64,000 bases of DNA from an uncultured delta proteobacterium (GTDB taxonomy: Bacteria; Myxococcota_A; Polyangia; Polyangiales; Houyiibacteriaceae). Each line of letters starts with the position of its first letter. Position 1 is the stretch's first letter. Below, one piece after another: positions 1 through 6,482 of this stretch. The notes beneath the pieces were generated by a model. The model ran no database searches. It saw only the letters and a list, made by a program, of their open reading frames with translations, and had not been told where the DNA came from. The stretch covers positions 299,837 to 363,836 of the forward strand of contig CAWBAV010000006.1 in assembly GCA_963786865.1 (NCBI GenBank). Direction: 5' to 3'. The translations under genes were made by a program, and so were the position numbers.

Positions 1-811
1 GTGAAGCGCCGTGCGCGATCATGTCGGTGAGATCGCCGAGCCCCACCCGAACCGGATGGCGCGTCGCCGTGACGATCTGAACGATGTAGTCTTTTATCTT
101 CGGGTCTATGTACACGTGCCCGATCGTCTTGCGGGCCTCGAGCAGCTTCGCCGTGGTCGTGACCTGCTGCACCCCGGAGCCGGCGCCCGCGTCCCGGCCG
201 AGAAGCACGTGGTCCGAGATCTGATCCATGATCTTCCGCTCTTCGTCCTGGCTCGGGTAGTCGACGCGGACGTGGAGCATGAAACGGTCCACCTGCGCCT
301 CGGCGAGCGGGTAGGTGCCTTCCTGCTCGATCGGGTTCTGCGTCGCCATCACCATGAATGGCTGATCGAGCGGGTGGCTGGTGTCGCCGATGGTGACCTG
401 AAGCTCCTGCATCGCTTCGAGCAGTGCGCTCTGCACCTTGGCGGGCGCTCGGTTGATCTCGTCCGCGAGCACGAGGTTGGCGAAGATCGGCCCCTTCTTC
501 GCGGTAAACTCGCCGCGCTGTTGATTGTAGATGACCGTGCCGATCACGTCGGCTGGAAGAAGGTCCGGGGTAAACTGAATGCGTTGAAACTTGGCCGCGA
601 TCGTCTTGCAGATCGTATTGACCGTCAGCGTCTTCGCGAGCCCTGGAACACCTTCGAGCAGAATGTGCCCGCCGGTGAGAAGGCCGATCAAGATGCGCTC
701 GATCATCACATCTTGGCCGACGACGACCTTGTGAACCTCGTGAAGAACCGTATCGATGAAGGCGCTCTCGCGCTGAACCATTTCGTTGATGACACGAACG
801 TCGTTGGACAT
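1..811 (-). CDS. MoxR-family AAA+ ATPase; 3' end truncated by the window edge
   Basis: The minus-strand ATG at 811 opens MSNDVRVINEMVQRESAFIDTVLHEVHKVVVGQDVMIERILIGLLTGGHILLEGVPGLAKT...LADEINRAPAKVQSALLEAMQE...ATQNPIEQEGTYPLAEAQVDRF. This is the canonical MoxR P-loop / Walker B / sensor pattern. The listed + ORF 11..838 is its antisense shadow. Confidence 0.85.
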   Translation of the reverse strand, partial: MSNDVRVINEMVQRESAFIDTVLHEVHKVVVGQDVMIERILIGLLTGGHILLEGVPGLAKTLTVNTICKTIAAKFQRIQFTPDLLPADVIGTVIYNQQRGEFTAKKGPIFANLVLADEINRAPAKVQSALLEAMQELQVTIGDTSHPLDQPFMVMATQNPIEQEGTYPLAEAQVDRFMLHVRVDYPSQDEERKIMDQISDHVLLGRDAGAGSGVQQVTTTAKLLEARKTIGHVYIDPKIKDYIVQIVTATRHPVRVGLGDLTDMIAHGAS

Positions 812-910
812 GAATCTTTCCTCGGGTCGCTGGGCTAGCACGCAGCCAGACCCCCCACCAACAAGCTCCCGCGGGGGCTTATTCGCAAAAATCGCCAATT
901 CCCACTTTTT

Positions 911-930
911 GCCAGTGCCGGTATCAGCGG
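911..930 (+). repeat. Short CAGYGY-type hexanucleotide array (3 units)
   Basis: gccagt gccggt atcagc gg lies directly next to the inverted 105-nt element. It belongs to the same hexamer family as 12194, 20771, 21951, 22731 and 22923. Confidence 0.5.
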
Positions 931-934
931 AGAA

Positions 935-1040
935 CTGCTCGCGACGGGCGTGCTCGCGATTGGGACCCACTCGCCCCCAATTCCTCAAGACGCCCCACGG
1001 CTAGGCTCGACCCAATCGCTGCGCTGCCCATCCCGAGCCG
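935..1040 (-). repeat. 105-nt imperfect-palindromic intergenic element, copy C (inverted, divergent centre)
   Basis: The reverse complement matches copy A (21481..21585) 29/30 in the 5' arm (cggctcgggatgggcagcRcagcgattggg) and 29/30 in the 3' arm (cccaatcgcgagcacgcccgtcgcgagc). The centre of about 45 nt is unrelated. Confidence 0.8.
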
Positions 1041-1143
1041 TCCTCCTCCGAACGCTTCCAGTGTCAATGCCGCTGGCGCGGTATGGAGGGTTTCTCTTAT
1101 TAAGCAGCTTGACCCCGGCTATTGTCAAAGCAGGCTTCGGCAC

Positions 1144-1377
1144 ATGACCAGGAAGAAGCAGACCACTAAGAAGTGGAAGAAGCAGACAGGTAGCAACCCG
1201 CTGGACACCGATTTGGAACAGAAGGTCATTGCGGTTCAGTTCAACGCCCGTGAGATGGACACACTCCGCGAGGTTCTGGAGGCGCACCAGGCGAAGGGCA
1301 GCCGGGTCACGGTCAGCCAGCTAATCCGCTGGGCTGTAAACCACGCGGACTTCTCGGACATGCCCTTGGTTCCGTGA
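1144..1377 (+). CDS. Small hypothetical protein with a ribbon-helix-helix-like core and a Lys-rich N-terminal tail
   Basis: 77-aa ORF. KVIAVQFNAREMDTLREVLEAH...VTVSQLIRWAVNHA fits a beta-strand / helix / helix (CopG/Arc-like) layout. There is no obvious SD, and GC is lower than in the neighbouring genes. Confidence 0.4.
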   Translation: MTRKKQTTKKWKKQTGSNPLDTDLEQKVIAVQFNAREMDTLREVLEAHQAKGSRVTVSQLIRWAVNHADFSDMPLVP

Positions 1378-1468
1378 GCCAGCTCACCCATTCTTCAAAA
1401 GACTTTCGAATGAACTAGTTCTATTTCAAATAAAGAATTACCGTGTAGGTATGCGAAGGGAGCTCGCC

Positions 1469-1834
1469 ATGTTTGATAGCAAGATCATCGTTCGATACCT
1501 CATCGTCACCCTACTCGTGGGTTGCGGAGACAGCCCGGTGCCCGCAGTGCAGGGCTTCTACGATCCGGAGCCGCAGCCGGAACCCCAGGTGGTGGAGGTG
1601 CGCTGCGACCAGGCAGAAGTTGAGCCTGGGCACCTATATCTCTACGCGGAGGCCGACCTCGCTGACCCGATCCTGTCAGTGCTCGCCTGCACCGAGCAGG
1701 AGATCTCCGTCTTGCCCCCGGTCTGTGTACCCACGGAGGACTACTCCATCGATGAAGAAGGCGTGATTCGCGTGCTGTGCGGCGAGCTCAACGCAGACCC
1801 CGCGGACTTCGTCCGCATCGAAAGCACATACTGA
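1469..1834 (+). CDS. Hypothetical lipoprotein
   Basis: An internal ATG at 1469 is preceded by aagggag. The signal peptide MFDSKIIVRYLIVTLLVGC has an L-V-G-C lipobox. The mature part is acidic and contains Cys. The ORF track starts at 1451. Confidence 0.55.
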   Translation: MFDSKIIVRYLIVTLLVGCGDSPVPAVQGFYDPEPQPEPQVVEVRCDQAEVEPGHLYLYAEADLADPILSVLACTEQEISVLPPVCVPTEDYSIDEEGVIRVLCGELNADPADFVRIESTY

Positions 1835-1928
1835 GCACAGGGGCAGACGAAATCTTCGTCGACTGCGGCTGGCGTGAGCAAGGCCTACCGACTTGACATC
1901 GGCGGGCTGTCTCTGAACGCTGCGCGAC

Positions 1929-3212
1929 ATGTCCGACCCCATCTCCAGAGAGCTCTTCGCCCGCGCGTGCAAAGTCATCCCCGGCGGCGTCAACTCGCCC
2001 GTTCGCGCCTTTCGCGCTGTTGGAGGCGAGCCGATCTTCATCAAGGAAGCCCATGGGCCGATCCTCGTCGGGGCCGATGGGACCGAGTACGTGGACTACA
2101 TCGGCTCCTGGGGCCCGATGATCCTCGGGCATGCGCAGCCCGATGTCGTCGCCGCGATTCAGAAAGCCGCCGAGAAGGGCTCGAGCTATGGAGCGCCCAC
2201 CGAGGGCGAGATCACGATGGCCGAGCGCCTTCGCGATGCGGTTCCCTCGATGGAGATGTCTCGCCTGGTCTCGAGCGGCACCGAGGCCACGATGGGCGCG
2301 CTCCGGGTCGCGCGCGGATACACCGGTCGCGACCTGGTGGTGAAGTGTGTAGGCGGCTATCACGGCGGCGCGGACTACTTGCTCGTCAAAGGTGGGAGCG
2401 GCTTGGCAACGCTCGGCGAGCCGGACAGCGCCGGTGTGCCCGCGGCGATCGCTGAAACGACGCTGGTGGTTCCTTATAACGACGCTTATGCGCTCGAGAA
2501 GATCTTCGCCGAGCGCGGCTCCGAGATCGCGGCGGTGATCTTCGAGCCGGTCGCGGGCAACATGGGCTGCATCCCGCCCGATCCCGTCTGGTTGGGGGCG
2601 CTTCGGACGCAGACCCAGAACCACGGCGCCCTCCTGATCTGCGACGAGGTCATGACTGGCTTCCGTGTCGCCTGGGGTGGGGCTCAGGCCCTCTATGACA
2701 TTCGCCCTGACCTCACCTGCCTCGGTAAGATCATCGGGGGCGGTCTGCCAGTCGGCGCCTATGGCGGAAAGCGCGAAATCATGGAGAAAGTCGCGCCGCT
2801 CGGCCCGGTGTATCAGGCGGGAACGCTCAGCGGGAACCCGCTCGCCGTCGCCGCCGGCCTCGAGACGATCGAGCAGCTCCTGCGACCGGGCATCTACGAG
2901 GACCTCGAAACCAAGGGCGATCAGGTGCAGGCGCTTCTCGAGCAGCACGCCGGTGCCGCCGGGGTCCCGATCACGGTTCAGCGTGTCGGCTCGATGCTCA
3001 CAGCGTTCTTCCGGGGGAAGCCCGTTCGAAACTGGGACGAGGCTGCCGACACCGATCGGGACGCCTTTGCTCGCTGGCATGCCGCGCTTCTCGAGAACGG
3101 CGTCTACTGGCCGTGCAGCCAATTCGAAGCGGCGTTCATCTCACTTGCCCACGATGCGGTCGCCCTGGAGAAGACGGGTCGGGCATTCAAAGCCGCCTTC
3201 GCCGTTCTCTGA
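1929..3212 (+). CDS. hemL: Glutamate-1-semialdehyde 2,1-aminomutase
   Basis: 427 aa. The N-terminus LFARACKVIPGGVNSPVRAFRAVGG and ...DEVMTGFRV...GKIIGGGLPVGAYGG (PLP lysine region) are textbook HemL. Confidence 0.95.
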   Translation: MSDPISRELFARACKVIPGGVNSPVRAFRAVGGEPIFIKEAHGPILVGADGTEYVDYIGSWGPMILGHAQPDVVAAIQKAAEKGSSYGAPTEGEITMAERLRDAVPSMEMSRLVSSGTEATMGALRVARGYTGRDLVVKCVGGYHGGADYLLVKGGSGLATLGEPDSAGVPAAIAETTLVVPYNDAYALEKIFAERGSEIAAVIFEPVAGNMGCIPPDPVWLGALRTQTQNHGALLICDEVMTGFRVAWGGAQALYDIRPDLTCLGKIIGGGLPVGAYGGKREIMEKVAPLGPVYQAGTLSGNPLAVAAGLETIEQLLRPGIYEDLETKGDQVQALLEQHAGAAGVPITVQRVGSMLTAFFRGKPVRNWDEAADTDRDAFARWHAALLENGVYWPCSQFEAAFISLAHDAVALEKTGRAFKAAFAVL

Positions 3213-3261
3213 GACCCAAGAAACGAACGATTTCCTTGGTAGAAATGGTCTCCGACCAAGC

Positions 3262-3289
3262 TTGACCCTACATGCCTCCGTGCTATACG
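3262..3289 (+). promoter_or_regulatory. Candidate sigma-70-type promoter for the atp F0 cluster
   Basis: TTGACC (3262..3267), a 16-nt spacer, then TATACG (3284..3289), about 47 nt upstream of the atpZ start. This rests on a motif match only. Confidence 0.3.
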
Positions 3290-3335
3290 CCGCGCGCTCT
3301 TTGGGCGCGGATCCTTGGAACTTTAGGGTAACGAT

Positions 3336-3593
3336 GTGCTGGCGATGCTCCTCAACCGGGAACAGCGGGAGCAGCTCAGGCAGCTGGGTAGCTTCTCGAC
3401 GATTGGCCTCGAGCTCGGCCTTTCGATCGCGCTCGGCTATCTCGGAGGCGAATGGTTAGACGGCAAGCTTGGGACTGAGCCCTGGCTCAAATGGATTGGC
3501 CTCGGCTTTGGGCTTGCCGCAGGCGCACGAAGCCTCTACAGGGTCGTCCGCCGGGCCCAGCGCGTCATGGAACAAGAAGACGAAACCCCGTGA
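3336..3593 (+). CDS. AtpZ / ATPase_gene1-type small membrane protein
   Basis: 85 aa with two TM helices (GSFSTIGLELGLSIALGYLGGEWLD, WIGLGFGLAAGARSLY). It lies immediately upstream of atpI-atpB-atpE and has a GTG start. Confidence 0.7.
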   Translation: MLAMLLNREQREQLRQLGSFSTIGLELGLSIALGYLGGEWLDGKLGTEPWLKWIGLGFGLAAGARSLYRVVRRAQRVMEQEDETP

Positions 3594-3991
3594 TCGACCA
3601 ACTCAAAACGCAGACCCCACGCCACGTTGCCGTCGCAGCGCTCATGCTGACGGGCCTGGCGTTCGTGCTTGGCGGCACGGTCGTGGGGACAGGCGCTGCC
3701 GTGGGCGGCATCGTCGCCGCGTTGGACGCCTGGGCGATCACCTGGCTGGCTAGCCGCATCGTAAGCGGTGCCGGCTTCATCGGCCGCGGGTTTGCAGCGG
3801 CGCTTCTCGGCGCCAAGCTCGTCATCCTCTTGGCGGTTTGTTGGGCGTTACTCGCCCGTTGGGGCGTCGACCCGCTCGGTTTCTCCGTCGGTCTCGGCGC
3901 CTTGGTTCTCGGCATGCTCTACAGCGGTGCCGAATTGTCCATTCGAGAAGCCCAGGCCGCGCGGAAAACCCAAGCGGCAAGGGAGGGGTAA
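3590..3991 (+). CDS. atpI: ATP synthase protein I-like membrane protein
   Basis: The GTG at 3590 overlaps the atpZ stop (GTGA). The product is hydrophobic with four TM helices and sits directly before atpB. The ORF track begins at 3491, but that stretch overlaps atpZ. Confidence 0.65.
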   Translation: MIDQLKTQTPRHVAVAALMLTGLAFVLGGTVVGTGAAVGGIVAALDAWAITWLASRIVSGAGFIGRGFAAALLGAKLVILLAVCWALLARWGVDPLGFSVGLGALVLGMLYSGAELSIREAQAARKTQAAREG

Positions 3992-3994
3992 GGC

Positions 3995-4795
3995 ATGCCG
4001 CACGGCGAATCATGGTTTAGCTTCCTGCCGTTCTACGAATCGCTTCAGCACGCGATGTTCGAGGCGTTCGGCCCGAGCTACATGGAGCACAGCGGGCATC
4101 TCGGCGTGCAGCACGTCATCGCGTTCACCGTGATCGTGCTCTTCCTCATCGGGGTTGCGTTGTACGTGAATCGCCGACTGCAAAACACCGAGGCGAACAT
4201 CCTTCCGGAGGGCAAGGTCACCTTCTATGGCTTCGTCGAGACGATCGTCGGTGCGACCTACAACATGTCTTCGGACCTCATGGGCCCCAAGGCTGCCAAG
4301 TACTTCCTGCCGCTGATCGGCGCCTGTGCGTTGGTGATCTTCTTTTCGAACGCCCTCGGGCTGATTCCCGGGTTTCTTCCGCCGACCGACAATCTCAACA
4401 CGACTTTCGCCATGGCCATGGTGATCTTCGTCGTAACCCACGTGTACGGCGTCAAAGAGCACGGCTTCGTGAAGTACTTCTCGCACTTCTTCGGGCCGAA
4501 GGTGCCTTGGTGGATCGCCTGGTTCATCAACCCGCTGATGTTCTTCATCGAGCTGATCAGCCACATCGTGCGCCCGGTCACGTTGGCGATTCGTCTCATG
4601 GCCAACATGACGGCGGACCACCTCGTGCTCGGGATTTTCGTCAGCCTGTTTGCAGGGATGGGTCTCGTGCTTCTGCCGGTGCCCGTCGTTTTCTACCTGA
4701 TGGGCTGCCTGGTGATCACGGTCCAGACTTTGGTCTTTTGTTTGCTGTCGGTGATTTACATCACCCTTGCGATTCAACACGAAGAAGAACACTAA
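3995..4795 (+). CDS. atpB: F0F1 ATP synthase subunit a
   Basis: 266 aa. [26 protein letters not shown] contains the conserved stator Arg region of subunit a. Confidence 0.93.
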   Translation: MPHGESWFSFLPFYESLQHAMFEAFGPSYMEHSGHLGVQHVIAFTVIVLFLIGVALYVNRRLQNTEANILPEGKVTFYGFVETIVGATYNMSSDLMGPKAAKYFLPLIGACALVIFFSNALGLIPGFLPPTDNLNTTFAMAMVIFVVTHVYGVKEHGFVKYFSHFFGPKVPWWIAWFINPLMFFIELISHIVRPVTLAIRLMANMTADHLVLGIFVSLFAGMGLVLLPVPVVFYLMGCLVITVQTLVFCLLSVIYITLAIQHEEEH

Positions 4796-4835
4796 GTTTC
4801 CCTCTCGGAAGAGAGGCTTGAGGAGGCTCCGGAAA

Positions 4836-5156
4836 ATGAAGAAATTGGCTCTGCGACTTGTCAGCTTTGCTGCACCACTCGCTCTCACGGCGACCGCTTT
4901 CGCACAGGATGCGGCGGACGCAGAGGGTCAGGCCACCGCGATCGCGGGCCGCGCGCTTGCCGCCGGTCTGGCCATCGGCATCGCAGCATTCGGCTGCGGC
5001 ATGGGTCAGGGTCGCGCAGCGGCCGCAGCCCTCGAGGGTATCGCTCGTAACCCGAACGCTTCGGGCAAGATCCTCGTCCCGCTGATCCTCGGTCTGGCGC
5101 TCATCGAGTCGCTCGCGATTTACGCGCTCGTCATCGCATTCCAGGTGCAGCCGTAA
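4836..5156 (+). CDS. atpE: F0F1 ATP synthase subunit c with an N-terminal signal-like extension
   Basis: The ATG at 4836 follows gaggagg. The core [21 protein letters not shown]...[20 protein letters not shown] is a c-subunit hairpin with the carboxylate Glu. It is preceded by [25 protein letters not shown]. Confidence 0.9.
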   Translation: MKKLALRLVSFAAPLALTATAFAQDAADAEGQATAIAGRALAAGLAIGIAAFGCGMGQGRAAAAALEGIARNPNASGKILVPLILGLALIESLAIYALVIAFQVQP

Positions 5157-5232
5157 GCCGTAACTCACGTCGGGGCGTGCTGGTTTTGGCGCGCCCTGGC
5201 GGGCGAGGGCTTCGAGCACCATACTTGCGACC

Positions 5233-5742
5233 ATGACGCGCGATCAGGATCCGACTCCAGCAGCCGAACCTTCCCGCAAGGGGCGAGTGCCCGGTGCGGC
5301 GAAAGTCGGTATGGTCTTCATCGTGCTCGTGGGCGCCGCTGCATGGCTGCTCTCCGGTAGCGACAACCCCTTCGTGTATTCCAAGCTAGTTCACGAAGTG
5401 ATGAACGAGCCCGGCTCCTTCGAAGGCCGCCGCCTCCGGGTCGAAGGCGAGCTCCGTCAGGGCTCCATCGAGTTCCGTGAAGAGCCATGCGAATGGCGCT
5501 TCGTTCTCTACAAAGAGGACAAGGAGATGCCCGTGCGTTTTCCGCAGTGCGTCGTGCCAGACACGTTCCGCGACGGGATGGGCATCCAGGTCACCGTGCA
5601 AGGCGAGCTCGGTAACGACGGCGTCTTCCTCGCCAACCAGGTGATTCCGCGCTGCCCCTCGAAATACGAGATGCAGCAGCGCATGGAAGCCGGCGAGGAA
5701 ATGCCCTACGACCCGAACGCTCCGCTTCCCGGTCAGAGCTAG
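5233..5742 (+). CDS. ccmE: Cytochrome c maturation haem chaperone CcmE, CxxxY variant
   Basis: 169 aa with an N-terminal TM anchor and an OB-fold region (RLRVEGELRQGSIEF...GIQVTVQGEL). Its C-terminal RCPSKY aligns to the E. coli LAKHDENY haem-binding motif. Confidence 0.8.
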   Translation: MTRDQDPTPAAEPSRKGRVPGAAKVGMVFIVLVGAAAWLLSGSDNPFVYSKLVHEVMNEPGSFEGRRLRVEGELRQGSIEFREEPCEWRFVLYKEDKEMPVRFPQCVVPDTFRDGMGIQVTVQGELGNDGVFLANQVIPRCPSKYEMQQRMEAGEEMPYDPNAPLPGQS

Positions 5743-5762
5743 CCGGGGCCAAGAGCGAAAAA

Positions 5763-5789
5763 AGCCCGCCTCCTCGATGGAGACGGGCT
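5763..5789. terminator. Bidirectional rho-independent terminator between ccmE and the convergent gene
   Basis: agcccgcctcc-tcgat-ggagacgggct forms an 11-bp stem with 1 mismatch. It is flanked by AAAAAA on the left (a U-tract for the minus gene) and TTT on the right. Confidence 0.7.
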
Positions 5790-5811
5790 TTCCGTTGGGT
5801 AGTCGCGCTCG

Positions 5812-6351
5812 TTACTGATCCGAGATCTGCTTGACGCGGGTCTCGTGCCGTTCCTTTTCTCGGGCCTCAGCCATGTCGATGTTTCTGAGCTGCTTCTCGT
5901 GAAGCTCGGTCACCCGAGCGCGTCGTGCCTCGATCTCCTTCATTTGAGTTTCGTGGCGCTTGGCTTCTTGCTCTAAGTAGCGCTCTTTGCGAGCGGCCTT
6001 TGCGGCCTCGAGCTTGGCCTGCTGCTCGGCTTTGCGCGCCTCGGCTTTGGCTTTTGCGGCGTCCTTCTGGGCTTGCGCGTTGGCCTCCGCCTTTTCTTTG
6101 GCGCTGGCCGCCTCTTTCTCGGCCTTGTCCTCGGCTGCTACTGCCTTCTCCTTGGCCCGGTACGCCTCTTTGTCGGCTTCCTTTTTCGCCTTTTCAGCTT
6201 CCTTCGAAGCCTCTGCCTTCGCGCTGCCGGCTTCCTTCTTGGCGCCGCTCTTCACCGCGTCGCCGGTGTCTGCGCTTGCGGTGGGTATGAGGGCACTGGA
6301 AATACCGAAGACCAGTGCCGATGCGATATACAATGCTGGAACGATTCTCAT
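5812..6351 (-). CDS. Secreted Ala/Lys/Glu-rich coiled-coil protein (hypothetical)
   Basis: A gaggag SD precedes the ATG. The signal peptide is MRIVPALYIASALVFGISSALIPTASA. It is followed by about 150 aa of low-complexity AKE-rich sequence. Confidence 0.6.
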   Translation of the reverse strand: MRIVPALYIASALVFGISSALIPTASADTGDAVKSGAKKEAGSAKAEASKEAEKAKKEADKEAYRAKEKAVAAEDKAEKEAASAKEKAEANAQAQKDAAKAKAEARKAEQQAKLEAAKAARKERYLEQEAKRHETQMKEIEARRARVTELHEKQLRNIDMAEAREKERHETRVKQISDQ

Positions 6352-6482
6352 TCTTTTTCTCCTCTTGGCCGCGAGCCTCGACGAAGTCGCCCCCGCCCCC
6401 GGTCATTGTCAGCCTAGGCCCGAAACCTCTGACCCCCAAGTGGACGCGAGCTTCTTGACCGGGCCGACTAAACAACCGTACA

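Noticed and set aside
1788-3122. 444-aa minus-strand ORF overlapping hemL
   Set aside because: It is antisense to an unambiguous hemL. Its Arg/Ala/Gly/Pro-rich composition is typical of off-frame translation of GC-rich DNA, and I saw no motif.
3336-5156. atpZ-I-B-E as part of an N-type (Na+) ATPase operon
   Set aside because: N-ATPase operons are contiguous (atpDCQRBEFAG) and begin with the beta and epsilon genes. Here only the F0 a and c genes with Z and I are present and ccmE follows. This fits the split F-type arrangement common in deltaproteobacteria.
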